Below are positions 10,289 to 19,937 of a stretch of DNA of 64,000 bases, in pieces; within the stretch, counting starts at the first letter, position 1; each line of letters begins with the position of its first letter. The translations under genes and the position numbers were made by a program. The notes under the pieces were generated by a model. It ran no database searches, was not told the origin of the DNA, and was given only the letters and a program-made list of their open reading frames with translations. This stretch comes from an uncultured bacterium (GTDB lineage: Bacteria; Patescibacteriota; Microgenomatia; Levybacterales; UBA12049): contig CAWGXL010000011.1 of assembly GCA_963826535.1 (NCBI GenBank), positions 384,809-448,808 on the forward strand. Reading direction: 5' to 3'.

Positions 10289-11026
10289 ATGTCTCTTTTT
10301 GATCTAATTTATCCTAAGCGTTGTGTAGGATGCGGGGGTTTTGGGTCTTATATTTGTTCCAAGTGTTTTTCTTATATAACTTTCATTGACCGCGGGTTTT
10401 GTAGTGTTTGTCAGCGGGCGGCGATTGGCGGAATTACTCATCCGGTGTGTAAGACTAAATATGAGATTGACGGTATTTTTGCGAGCGTTGCTTATGCCGG
10501 CGTTGTAAAGCGGTTGATTCATCAGTTTAAGTACAGGCCTTATGTTTTGGATCTCAGGAGTTTCTTGGTGGAGCTTTTTTATGAAGGGATTATTCAGAAA
10601 GAGTTATTTGTCCGGCTATTATCGGGAAAAAGCGTTTTTGTGCCGATGCCATTGCATTTTAGCCGACAGAGGACGCGCGGCTATAACCAGTCGCAGGTTT
10701 TGCTGGAAGGATTTGTAAAAAAACTAAAAAAGGAGAAATTTGTAGCTGAGGATAAAAGCGCGAGTTCAATTGTTGTCAAGGACTGCTTGGAGAGAATTAA
10801 AAAAACTAAACCTCAATTCGGGCTTTCGCAACAAGAGCGGCTCGCAAATATGGCTGGGGCTTTTGTTCTTAAGAAGAATTTTTTGGAGAACATAAAAAGC
10901 ACACCGGTAGTTTTTTTGGTTGATGATATTGTGACAACGGGTGCAACTTTACGAGAGGCAGCAAAAGTATTGAAGAGAGCGGGGGCGGGACGGGTGTATG
11001 GGTTGGCGTTTGCGCACGGGCAATAA
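10289..11026 (+). CDS. comF: ComF family protein (zinc ribbon plus PRTase domain)
   Basis: CxxC motifs, RGYNQS, VFLVDDIVTTGATL. Start set at MSLFDLIYP. Confidence 0.9.
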   Translation: MSLFDLIYPKRCVGCGGFGSYICSKCFSYITFIDRGFCSVCQRAAIGGITHPVCKTKYEIDGIFASVAYAGVVKRLIHQFKYRPYVLDLRSFLVELFYEGIIQKELFVRLLSGKSVFVPMPLHFSRQRTRGYNQSQVLLEGFVKKLKKEKFVAEDKSASSIVVKDCLERIKKTKPQFGLSQQERLANMAGAFVLKKNFLENIKSTPVVFLVDDIVTTGATLREAAKVLKRAGAGRVYGLAFAHGQ

Positions 11027-11171
11027 GTGGGTTTTTGTGGACATTTCCGAAGAAAGTTGGAATCAAATCGAGGCTTATATCTGGAAGTGGGTTCCCTTAT
11101 TGCATAGATAAGGCCGGATCTGTGCGTAGAATGGTTTTCATACCTCCTGAGACTAGTGGAACAATTTTTGG

Positions 11172-12512
11172 TTAAAGCGTCACCTCTGCTCGAAGCTTGT
11201 CGGTTGCAAGATATCTCATATTTTTACCCACTCGTTTCTTCTCAATCAGGCTTAAGCTTTCCAGCGCCTTAAGATCTTTATTGGTTGTTTCACGACTAAC
11301 TTTATTTAATTCAATAAAGGATGATGGAGTAATATAGCTTTTTTCACCTTTTACTATTAAATATCTTAAAAGCTCATATTGTCTCTCGTTTAAGTCATAC
11401 TTTTCACGCAGTATATTCTCCATTTTAGTGTTCTCTGTTGTTTTTTTCTTAATATACTCCTCAAAATTATTAAGGGCTTCAAGCATCTTTTTAATATTAA
11501 AATCGAAGAAGTATGTTATATCTAAGTCGTCCTGTTCGGAGTACACAAACGACATTCCATAGCGATCAGGCGCATTTCTTATAACCAAAGAGATGGGTAA
11601 ATATTGAATAGCCCAATAACTTTTTTTTAGTAAATACCAATAGAAGAGTGTTCTTGCTATTCTCCCGTTGCCATCATAGAAAGGGTGTAGGTAGCCAACC
11701 CAAAAATGGATAAATATCGCCTTTATAATTGGGTGTATAAAGCCTTCATCGCTTTCGTCATTTGCATATTTAATTAGTTCCCCTATCTGTTCTTTCAAAA
11801 ACTCTTCTTTTGGGGGGACATGATATATATATTTTTGTTGATCATTAATAGTTATGCCATCTTTATCAGTTCTGTATCTCTCCTGTTTATCAGCCTCTAA
11901 AGTATCTTTTGTAATCAGTTTATGTAGCTCAAAAAGCATCTCATGCGATAAAGATTTATTTTTATAGTTTTCATTAATTGCCTGCATCGTCTTATAGTTG
12001 TTCACAATCATTCGTTCAGACCTATCTTTTGGTACACGATTCTCAAGAATCAACCTCTTTGCCATTGGAGTGGTAGTAACAGCACCTTCAAGCTGGCTTG
12101 ATGCTATAGCTTCCTCAATAATACTTTTGGTCAGTAGTCTTTGCTTGCCATAAGGCGTGATGATATTGTGATAATGGGAAAATATCTCTCCACCTATCTT
12201 CATATCTATTTTATGTAAATATTCGTCGATATTATTGAGTCGAACCCAAGTAAAGAATTTACCGTTTTCAGCCTTTATTTTTGTACTTTTCGATAAAATA
12301 CTTCTCACTAGTTTTACCAAGTACCAAAACTCTTTTGTTGTAAGGCCATCTGGTCGAGGCTGGTATTTAATTTTATCCCAACAGAGATAATTATCCCCGG
12401 ATACTCGATCTATGTATTTGGCGTATTTATTTGCATCCTTGAAATACATCTCGACTGTTCGACCTTTATCAATGTCTGAGAAGTCAACTTTTTCTATTTT
12501 ATAGTTCTCCAT
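11172..12512 (-). CDS. Fic family protein with C-terminal HTH
   Basis: HPFYDGNGRIAR catalytic motif, SSQLEG inhibitory-helix motif, C-terminal SRETTNKDLKAL. Confidence 0.92.
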   Translation of the reverse strand: MENYKIEKVDFSDIDKGRTVEMYFKDANKYAKYIDRVSGDNYLCWDKIKYQPRPDGLTTKEFWYLVKLVRSILSKSTKIKAENGKFFTWVRLNNIDEYLHKIDMKIGGEIFSHYHNIITPYGKQRLLTKSIIEEAIASSQLEGAVTTTPMAKRLILENRVPKDRSERMIVNNYKTMQAINENYKNKSLSHEMLFELHKLITKDTLEADKQERYRTDKDGITINDQQKYIYHVPPKEEFLKEQIGELIKYANDESDEGFIHPIIKAIFIHFWVGYLHPFYDGNGRIARTLFYWYLLKKSYWAIQYLPISLVIRNAPDRYGMSFVYSEQDDLDITYFFDFNIKKMLEALNNFEEYIKKKTTENTKMENILREKYDLNERQYELLRYLIVKGEKSYITPSSFIELNKVSRETTNKDLKALESLSLIEKKRVGKNMRYLATDKLRAEVTL

Positions 12513-12524
12513 ATTTTGGATAAA

Positions 12525-12638
12525 ACATGTCAATAACATGTCAGATACATGTCAAGATCTGATATGTATCATATGTTACACCACTTTTGATCACATGTCA
12601 ACTACATGTCAACTACATGTCAAGTCTTGACATGTAGT
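12525..12638. repeat. ACATGTC array with 11-bp period upstream of the Fic gene
   Basis: ACATGTC at 12525, 12536, 12547 and at 12593, 12604, 12615; inverted copy at 12629-12635. Confidence 0.85.
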
Positions 12639-12856
12639 TAGGTGATTATAGTTTTTTTCGTGATTTCGAGGCTAAATTATGCGTATTTGTGGGGGGAGTT
12701 AGTTTTAGGCTACGCCCATAAAAAACCCTCGCTATCTAGCTTCTGTGGCTTGCCACGCGACAGTCCCACTCCGCAGATATAATAACTGAAGTCTTCTTGG
12801 TATTAAATTGTGGCTTGCCACGCGGAGCTCTTACTTGTTATAGTAAGAGCGAAGTG

Positions 12857-13311
12857 TGGAGATGTCCGGCAGTGAACCGGAGTCCGAGTAAAATGTTCTT
12901 ATAACTTCTACAAGCTTAGTCTCCCACTTCGCCAAAGGCTTCGCGGGATCATCCTTTCGGACGAAATTTTTGAGTTTCGCTTTACTTTTTCCAATTGACA
13001 GGAGAAGTAAAGTTAAGGTTAGATAAATTCGATAAGGACGCCAACCAACTTCCTTACTAATATCCTCAACTAGGTTTCTGCCCATAACTTCCCGTTGAGG
13101 GAGGAGGGTTATGAACAAGACAAAAGTTTAAGCAGCTAGTGCTAAACTTGGTCTAACTCCAAAGAGCTCGGCACGAATTGCTTCGGCCTCAGCTTTTAGA
13201 GCTGCAATGCGGTTTTTACCAGCATTTATATTTTGATTCATTTTAACGGCTTTGAATCGTTGCCGGCTTGCAGTTTTTAAGGTACTTTTCTCGTCGAATC
13301 AAGTCATCCCC
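12857..13311 (-). ncRNA. ssrA: tmRNA
   Basis: 5' GGGGATGACTTGATTCGAC and 3' GACTCCGGTTCACTGCCGGACATCTCCA form an acceptor stem with a G3:U wobble. Tag ORF ends LALAA*. Lies directly downstream of smpB. Confidence 0.93.
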
Positions 13312-13354
13312 CTACAAAAATCAATAACTTTTAATTTTTAAAGGTGGACATTGA

Positions 13355-13436
13355 TTTTTAAAATTCTAAATCCGAATATCGAAATTCGAAACAATTTTCA
13401 AAATTTTAATGATCAAAATTCAAAACGTTTTGAATT
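13355..13436. repeat. Degenerate 7-nt repeat tract (aaattct/aaatccg/aatatcg/aaattcg)
   Basis: Same motif series as 20530-20665 and 51875-52065, including the aaaacgtttt core. Confidence 0.75.
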
Positions 13437-13876
13437 TAGTAATTGCCTTTTAGTGTTTCTTCCAGTTCTCTGTCAAGGTCCTTTTTCTTGAGCGCTTCCT
13501 TTTTTTCGAATTTCTTTTTTGGTTTGCCCAATGCCAATTCGAGCTTGATTAAGTTCCCAGTAGTATACAACGAAATAGGCACAATTGTCAAGCTCGTGCC
13601 TTCGGTTTTGCTCTTGAGAGCAAAGATTTGTTTTTTGTGTAAGAGAAGCTTGCGAGTACGCTTGGGGTCGTATTGATCCGGCCGCGCGTACTCGTAAGGA
13701 AAGATCTTGGCGTTTATCAGATAGGCTTCACTACCGACAATACGCACGAAACTTCCGCTCAGGTCAGCGTGATTGAGGCGTATGGCCTTGACTTCTGCTC
13801 CAAGCAAGTTGATACCGGCTTCGAATTTTTCATCTATTGAGTAGTTGTAGTGCGCTTTGCGGTTGATGATTTTCAC
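13436..13876 (-). CDS. smpB: SsrA-binding protein
   Basis: NRKAHYNY...FEAGI.L.G.EVKAIR and RTRKLLLHK. Confidence 0.97.
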   Translation of the reverse strand: MKIINRKAHYNYSIDEKFEAGINLLGAEVKAIRLNHADLSGSFVRIVGSEAYLINAKIFPYEYARPDQYDPKRTRKLLLHKKQIFALKSKTEGTSLTIVPISLYTTGNLIKLELALGKPKKKFEKKEALKKKDLDRELEETLKGNY

Positions 13877-13916
13877 TCACTCATAATATCGAATCAGGAG
13901 TCAGGAATCAAGGATG

Positions 13917-15659
13917 TTAGAGGGGGAGTTCGTAGATTTTGTTGTCTGAAAGTACTAGGGCTTTTTGGTCTGATTCTAAGATTTCGAAGTTTTTGGCTGA
14001 TTGGATAATATCCGCATTATATTGATTTTGGTATGAGCCACTTTTTCCAAGTTTGACGATTCTTGAGTTGCCGTTGTCGAGAATGTAGATGTTGTCTATG
14101 TCTATATTTGTGAAGATCCTAGTGGGGTTTGCAAGAGGCGTAAGTAATCCGGAAATCGCGAAGTTTTCAGGTTGCCCGCTTGTGTATTTGAGTATTTTTC
14201 CATCACTAGTGAGAATCCAGATTGAACCGTCAATGCTCATGCTACGGGCGTTGGTTAGGACGGGCGGGTTTTCTTTAAAGTAAGCAGTTTTATTGAAGCC
14301 GGTTTGGGCTACAACGTATTTCAATACGCCTGCTTTTTTGTCCAGGATATAGATATTTCCTTGATAGAGGGAGAGAGCAACAGGCGAGCTCCAGTCATTA
14401 TTGTTTTCGATGATGTCTTTTTTTTCATCGTTGGATTTGTCAATTGTAGTTACAGCTTTACCTGTCAGAAGATAGATTGCTGCGTCATCCTGAGCGTAAT
14501 CGACAGCCTTATTGTTTTTTTCAATATTGAGAAGATCGGATGCGTCGGCATTTACAGCAATGGGGGAAATTTTCTTCACATTTGTCGCGGTATTTAATTC
14601 TGTTTGTACTTGAATTAATAGTGCCTGAAGATTGACTTGTTCTTTGGAGCCGGATTTAAATTTGTTCATGTTATCTTTGAGAATCTGCTCAGCTTTTACG
14701 AAGTCGTCATGAGCCAGGATTTGGTTTAGTTTTTTTAGAGCCTTTCCTTCTTCATAGTTTTTTTGAGCCTGGGGGTAGACTTGTTGGTAGAGCGCTTCGT
14801 ACTTTTCGTTTTCCTGTTTTGATTTAGTAAAAATTATACTAGTTGTGAGCAAGATTAGGATAAGTACGGCAACGATTAGTGAAATTTTCTGTAAACGCGA
14901 GAGGCGGGGGATTTGTAGTTTAAGTTTTTTTTGGAGTTTAAGAAAGGTTGAGGGTACATTCTGGTTTGCCGCAGGCTCAGGCAGAATTGGATGTTGAGTT
15001 GAAGGCATCGTAATTTCATCGTTGACAACCTGGGTTTTGGGTGCGCCATTATAGGTGATAATTATAGCTGCCTGACTTCCGTCCTCTTTTTCGTGAACAT
15101 GGGGAGAGAGACTCTCGGCTATGTCATTGGGAAGTTCTAGTTTGAGAGCTTCGTTAATTTTTTCTTCTGAGACACACTTAGTAAAATGATCGGTTTGGAG
15201 CATGATAGTATCGTGTGGTTGTAAATATCCTGAAGCTGTCGCAGGCTGTGGACCGGAAACTTTTTTTTCCAGCAATAGACCTAGTAATTCAGTTCTCTTC
15301 ATAATGATTTTTCCTTTTCCAACAACGAAGAGGTAAAGTATATTGTCTTTAAAATAAGCGATGCAGGCGTCAGCAACTATATCGGGAGGGAGATTGATGC
15401 TTTTTTCTATGGCAGTTTTGATGGTTTGAAGTTTTTTATCTTCCAGAGTGAAGAATTCAGCTTCAAGATTGTTGAACAGATCTTTTCCAATTGAAGGTAA
15501 AACTAAATCCTGTTTGTTTTGATCTGTTATTGTTAACGAGAGCGCAACGAAGAGGCTTCCTGCATTGTAGACCTGTGACCACGAAAACGGGGTGGGAGTC
15601 GCAACTATTTTTGCGTATGCGAGACTCAGTTTGGGCACATGAAGGTCCGAGTTAGGCAT
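13917..15659 (-). CDS. Conserved CPR membrane-anchored protein (PP2C-like N-domain, TM helix, beta-propeller-like C-domain)
   Basis: One central TM helix and repeated IYILD-type strands in the C-terminal part. Domain calls are tentative. Confidence 0.6.
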   Translation of the reverse strand: MPNSDLHVPKLSLAYAKIVATPTPFSWSQVYNAGSLFVALSLTITDQNKQDLVLPSIGKDLFNNLEAEFFTLEDKKLQTIKTAIEKSINLPPDIVADACIAYFKDNILYLFVVGKGKIIMKRTELLGLLLEKKVSGPQPATASGYLQPHDTIMLQTDHFTKCVSEEKINEALKLELPNDIAESLSPHVHEKEDGSQAAIIITYNGAPKTQVVNDEITMPSTQHPILPEPAANQNVPSTFLKLQKKLKLQIPRLSRLQKISLIVAVLILILLTTSIIFTKSKQENEKYEALYQQVYPQAQKNYEEGKALKKLNQILAHDDFVKAEQILKDNMNKFKSGSKEQVNLQALLIQVQTELNTATNVKKISPIAVNADASDLLNIEKNNKAVDYAQDDAAIYLLTGKAVTTIDKSNDEKKDIIENNNDWSSPVALSLYQGNIYILDKKAGVLKYVVAQTGFNKTAYFKENPPVLTNARSMSIDGSIWILTSDGKILKYTSGQPENFAISGLLTPLANPTRIFTNIDIDNIYILDNGNSRIVKLGKSGSYQNQYNADIIQSAKNFEILESDQKALVLSDNKIYELPL

Positions 15660-15662
15660 TAT

Positions 15663-15908
15663 TTATACTATAACAAGAGTGAGGAAAAAAAGCGAGAGCA
15701 CGAGAAAGAAATATAGTAATGCAAGTGATTTAATTAAACTTGCTGAAGATTGCGGGGGGAAAATGATTATTCTATCCAAGGCGCGGATTTTGTTATAGAC
15801 GAAAAACGTAAATATAGCATACAGTGCAATTATAATCAGGAGTATTATTTTGATTAGGAACGACAGATTTGGGTTTTGTATACCAAATGTTAATTGTGGA
15901 ATTTCCAT
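15663..15908 (-). CDS. Small two-TM membrane protein (DUF5657-like)
   Basis: 81 aa with two hydrophobic helices, co-oriented with its neighbours. Confidence 0.7.
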   Translation of the reverse strand: MEIPQLTFGIQNPNLSFLIKIILLIIIALYAIFTFFVYNKIRALDRIIIFPPQSSASLIKSLALLYFFLVLSLFFLTLVIV

Positions 15909-15914
15909 AGGTTA

Positions 15915-16076
15915 GGACTTGTAAAAAAATAACTTATACAAACTGACTCGTCTTTTTGGCGGAATTTTTCGTTGCCGATCAACTCAAGTATACACCGTAT
16001 ACTATCGCTGATCAGCGCCTTGAATTCCACTCAAAAATACTTCGTGATTTTGCATAACCTATTTTTTTACAAGTCC
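15915..16076. mobile_element. MITE, 162 bp
   Basis: Perfect 17-bp terminal inverted repeats GGACTTGTAAAAAAATA, flanked by TTA on both sides; no ORF. Confidence 0.85.
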
Positions 16077-16733
16077 TTAGTCTGTGATTAGTTTGCTTAT
16101 AGTGTCGACGACTTGTGTGGGATGGGGGACGCTTTCAAGGACAAAATCTTCTCTACCGCTAACAGTGTGGGATATTACATCGCCATAGTTAAAATACGAA
16201 GATAAAAAGCCTTTTTGTCTATGTACAACGTCTTCAATCTCGGGTAACTGTGTAATGGCAATATCAATATAGGAGAGATGCATGAAGTCAATATCGATTA
16301 TTCTTTTTTGTGTAAGGATGCCTATATTGTAGAACCAATCGACGAAATTATAAAAAGCGAATCCAATTATTAGCAGATAATAGAAGAATACGAGGATGAT
16401 GCTCAAGGTCAGCGGGAGAGAAAATGGAGGTAGATTTAACATGTGCATAAAGATGGGGAATAGCGGAGGCAGGAGAAGCGCTATAAATGTAATGGTGATC
16501 CATAAGAAGTTGGTAATGAAGTGACGACGCATGAAAAGAAGGATTTGTTCGTCTTTTTCCTGATGAGCAAAGGAAAAACCGACAGAGTTAGAAACAAGCG
16601 CTGAGAATATACCCGGAGCGACTTTTTTGAGGTCAGGGCGCAAGACTGCATTCTGCTTCACAGGAGCTTGTTGATATGTATTGTTGAAGTTTAACTTATT
16701 TGTAGTCTTCGATGTTGTGAAAATTTCAGGCAT
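16077..16733 (-). CDS. Membrane-associated bacterial PH-domain protein
   Basis: EKDEQILLFMRRH, two TM helices, ILTQKRIIDID, FNYGDV. Confidence 0.8.
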   Translation of the reverse strand: MPEIFTTSKTTNKLNFNNTYQQAPVKQNAVLRPDLKKVAPGIFSALVSNSVGFSFAHQEKDEQILLFMRRHFITNFLWITITFIALLLPPLFPIFMHMLNLPPFSLPLTLSIILVFFYYLLIIGFAFYNFVDWFYNIGILTQKRIIDIDFMHLSYIDIAITQLPEIEDVVHRQKGFLSSYFNYGDVISHTVSGREDFVLESVPHPTQVVDTISKLITD

Positions 16734-16760
16734 ATTAGTTTAAAGTTGCAATTGACGTTT

Positions 16761-18485
16761 TCATTTTTGTTCGATGTTGAAAAAGGCAAAGCCATTTTGG
16801 GGTATAGAGAGATAACCGGGGGCGCGTAGATTGAAAGCAGTTTTGAAACTTGAGCCATTGATATGCTTTTCTCCTTTGTCGGTTTGGAAAATTACTTCGT
16901 TAGTTGAACCATTCCCCTGCAGAACTGAAACGCCTGTTACAGAATTAATTCCGCCTCCATATTTGTCTGAGATTTGGCGAAGTTCGTCCTGGCTATAGGG
17001 ATTACCGCTCCAACAGTTGGTGGTGGTTGGAGTAATTCGGTTACTATCATCGCCTGAGCCATTACTTAAAACGAAGGAAGCGTTGACAATGTCGGCGATG
17101 TCAGACCCGCTAAGCCAGGGACTATCACGACCACATTTATCACTTGAAACGCTATAGCCTTTGGTATACCAAGCTTTATAAAACCAGGGAGAGCCTGCGA
17201 TCTTTTCATAAGCGCGATCTGCAAAGCTCGCGCCGCCTTGACCATCTGTGGTGTCCCAACCCATTGTGGTCAAGTATCCGCCTGTGGTTGAAGAGTAGTA
17301 GGTCACAACGTCTTCCAATACTTGTCCTTTTGTTTCATCTACCGCTTGTTTCCATGCTTCGGGGGGGTTATCGGCTTTGCCATTATTAAACACCTGACAC
17401 GCTTCAGTGGCACAAATTTCTGAGCCTTGTTGCTTGTTGCGAAAAGCATAGGTTCTGGCAGCAACAGCTTGTGCTTTCAAGGCTTCCTTTGGCCAGCTTG
17501 AGGGCATTTCGGCAATTCCAAGTAAATACCTGCCTTCAAAGTCTATCTCACCGTATCCGGCGACTTTGATCGTTCCGCCAGTGTCTTTGCCTACCGGGTC
17601 TTTGCCATAGTAAGCTTTGAGAATTGCCTTGAAATCCTGCCCCGCATTAGCACGGGCAAATGCGCCATATTGGCTCATGCCTTTGCGGTGAGTATGAGCA
17701 CCAAAAGAAAAGACTGAAAACATTCCGGACGGTGCTGATTCACGAAAGCCTTTGATCGAGGCTTTGTAATCGTCGGCTAAATCGCTGTCTCCAATTGTCG
17801 CAGTAAAACTTCCACTTCTGGCATTGATAATGGATTGTTGTTGTTCGGAGAGTTCTTGTATTTTGGTTGTAACGTCTTTTTGATAGGCAAGCGCGCCTTT
17901 AATAACTTCATCCAGCTTGGCTGATTGTTCGTCGAGATCGGCTGAGGTCGCTATAAGCCAAATTTGCTTCTGAATAAGCTCTAGTTTTTTATTTTCGAGA
18001 TCAGTGATGGAGAGCGCGATATTAGTGATGATATTTTTGTCTTGTCTGGTTTTTGCCTCCTGATAGATTTCTTCTTGGGTTTTTTCGCCGATTTGTACTT
18101 CAGAGAGAAATATGCTTAGAGGCGATTCTGTGTAACTTTTTATATAGAATTCACGAATTGAACGAAGAACCAATTGTTGTTTCCGCGCTAGGGTTTCGTA
18201 ACCTTTGTCGATTTCCTTTTTTTTTACAAGGGTATCGGATTCAACAGAAGCAAGTTGGGTTTTCATTCCTTGAATTTGCTTCTGCATGCGAAGCAGATCT
18301 GATTGAAGTGGTTTGGTGGCGGCTATGGAATTGTCTAACGCATCTTTGAGATCATTGAGTTCTTTGGTAATTTTGTCTAAGTTACCTGAGGAGACATCTA
18401 TGTCGTCTGCGAAAGCGGGAAGGGGCATTGAAAAAAAGATGGCTGATAGAAATACACAACAAAGTAATATTAAATTTGCGGGCAT
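16761..18485 (-). CDS. Secreted coiled-coil protein with SpoIID/LytB domain
   Basis: Signal peptide, coiled coil, HRKGMSQYGA, EMPSSWPKEALKAQAVAARTYA. Confidence 0.9.
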   Translation of the reverse strand: MPANLILLCCVFLSAIFFSMPLPAFADDIDVSSGNLDKITKELNDLKDALDNSIAATKPLQSDLLRMQKQIQGMKTQLASVESDTLVKKKEIDKGYETLARKQQLVLRSIREFYIKSYTESPLSIFLSEVQIGEKTQEEIYQEAKTRQDKNIITNIALSITDLENKKLELIQKQIWLIATSADLDEQSAKLDEVIKGALAYQKDVTTKIQELSEQQQSIINARSGSFTATIGDSDLADDYKASIKGFRESAPSGMFSVFSFGAHTHRKGMSQYGAFARANAGQDFKAILKAYYGKDPVGKDTGGTIKVAGYGEIDFEGRYLLGIAEMPSSWPKEALKAQAVAARTYAFRNKQQGSEICATEACQVFNNGKADNPPEAWKQAVDETKGQVLEDVVTYYSSTTGGYLTTMGWDTTDGQGGASFADRAYEKIAGSPWFYKAWYTKGYSVSSDKCGRDSPWLSGSDIADIVNASFVLSNGSGDDSNRITPTTTNCWSGNPYSQDELRQISDKYGGGINSVTGVSVLQGNGSTNEVIFQTDKGEKHINGSSFKTAFNLRAPGYLSIPQNGFAFFNIEQK

Positions 18486-18571
18486 AGAAGTATTATAGCA
18501 AATTGGGTAAAGAAGGAGTAGTGATCAAAATAGTGATTGACAAAATGATCAATAGTTGATATAAAATACAT

Positions 18572-18871
18572 ATGACTTATATTGTTTCTATTCCACATAA
18601 TAAATTGATTCCGATAACAAAGGCAAGACGGAATTTGGGTGAATTGGTCAAGCGATTGGAGAAAGAAAAAGATTTATATTTAATGAAGGATGGTAAAATT
18701 GCAGCAAAACTTTCGCTTCCTGAAGAAGTAAGACAAGAGAGATGGATAAAAGCGCTTGATAAAGTGCGCGGGGCATGGAAGGGTACAGACTTGGATGATG
18801 ACAAGTTGTGGCATGAAATCTTGGTAACAGAACGTATAAAAGGGACAAAGAGAAAACCTGTACGATTATGA
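18572..18871 (+). CDS. Antitoxin, Phd/YefM-like (VapB role)
   Basis: IPITKARRNLGELV N-terminus; overlaps the PIN gene via ATGA. Confidence 0.8.
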   Translation: MTYIVSIPHNKLIPITKARRNLGELVKRLEKEKDLYLMKDGKIAAKLSLPEEVRQERWIKALDKVRGAWKGTDLDDDKLWHEILVTERIKGTKRKPVRL

Positions 18872-19248
18872 ATTATCTTCTTGATACCTCAGTTCTTATT
18901 CCCTTAATTCGTGATAAGGTCGGGGCTTATGATCTTCTAAAAAATGTAAAAGGGCGAAGGGTGGTTAGCAGTATTTGTGTCGCAGAGTTGTATGAGGGAG
19001 TTTTCCGGTCAGATCAGGTTGAGAAAAGCAAAGAAAAATTGGAAGAATTTCTTGAAGAGTTTGATGAAATTATCCCTTTTGCTTCACGGGAGGCTGTTGT
19101 CTTTGGCAAACTGAAAGCGAAAATGAAAAGAGAACTTATTCCTGATATGGATTTACAAATTGCCGCAACGTGTATTGCTAATGAACTGGTACTTGTAACT
19201 TCCGATACCCGCCATTTTCCGAAAGTATCCGGTCTTAAACTGTATTGA
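18868..19248 (+). CDS. vapC: PIN-domain toxin, VapC family
   Basis: YLLDTSVLI, ELYEG, DLQIAAT, LVTSDTRHF. Confidence 0.92.
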   Translation: MNYLLDTSVLIPLIRDKVGAYDLLKNVKGRRVVSSICVAELYEGVFRSDQVEKSKEKLEEFLEEFDEIIPFASREAVVFGKLKAKMKRELIPDMDLQIAATCIANELVLVTSDTRHFPKVSGLKLY

Positions 19249-19283
19249 GATAATTTCGGTTAGTAAACTGAATTATTGTTTTT

Positions 19284-19865
19284 GTGTATTTATTGCAGTA
19301 CAATAATATTGTTATGAGTGAGGTATCTACAGAACAATTAACTCCGAGGGAGAACGCAAATAGATTGCAGGCGCAATTTGGAAGATATATTGAGTCATTG
19401 CATAATTGGGCTGGAAATGCATTTGATAAGACTGGGAGTAGGGTTATGGCACCAGATAGAGATACTAAGGAAGCTGAGTCGATTCTTGCAGAATCTCTAC
19501 TTAATAAATTTGACAGTTTTTATCGGAGTGTACCTGAGGGTTACCATCTGGCATTTGGTCTCTCGCCTCTTAAATGGCATGAGTTTCAAAGAGACGAAGA
19601 GCTAAGACTTTTAACAAGCAGAGAAATGACTCCCCTGGGTCCTCAATATTGGCTAAATGTTGCCCGACATGTTGAAAATCCAGCAACAATGGAGCCTAAT
19701 ATGCGTCGTTTAAATCTAAGTGCTATTGGCACAAATGATCCAGAAAATCCATCTGCAAAGTTAGAGCCAGTGTTTATATCGAAGGACGGATTAAAACGAA
19801 CAGCAAAGTCAATTTTTCCAGAAGATATTTTATCGGTCAAAGTTGTAGAAAATCCACGAAAGTAG
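19284..19865 (+). CDS. Hypothetical protein
   Basis: Long ORF with no motif; start is probably the internal MSEVST. Confidence 0.65.
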   Translation: MYLLQYNNIVMSEVSTEQLTPRENANRLQAQFGRYIESLHNWAGNAFDKTGSRVMAPDRDTKEAESILAESLLNKFDSFYRSVPEGYHLAFGLSPLKWHEFQRDEELRLLTSREMTPLGPQYWLNVARHVENPATMEPNMRRLNLSAIGTNDPENPSAKLEPVFISKDGLKRTAKSIFPEDILSVKVVENPRK

Positions 19866-19937
19866 TATTCGAATTTTTAAGCTATTGCTCCTGTTTTCAA
19901 ATGGAGAAAAGTGTGCTACTATTCTCCTTAGAATAAT

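Noticed and set aside
12525-12638. CRISPR array
   Set aside because: Units are 11 bp with no unique spacers, and there are no cas genes in the window.
12831-13118. 95-aa minus-strand ORF
   Set aside because: Lies almost entirely within the tmRNA and has no protein motif.
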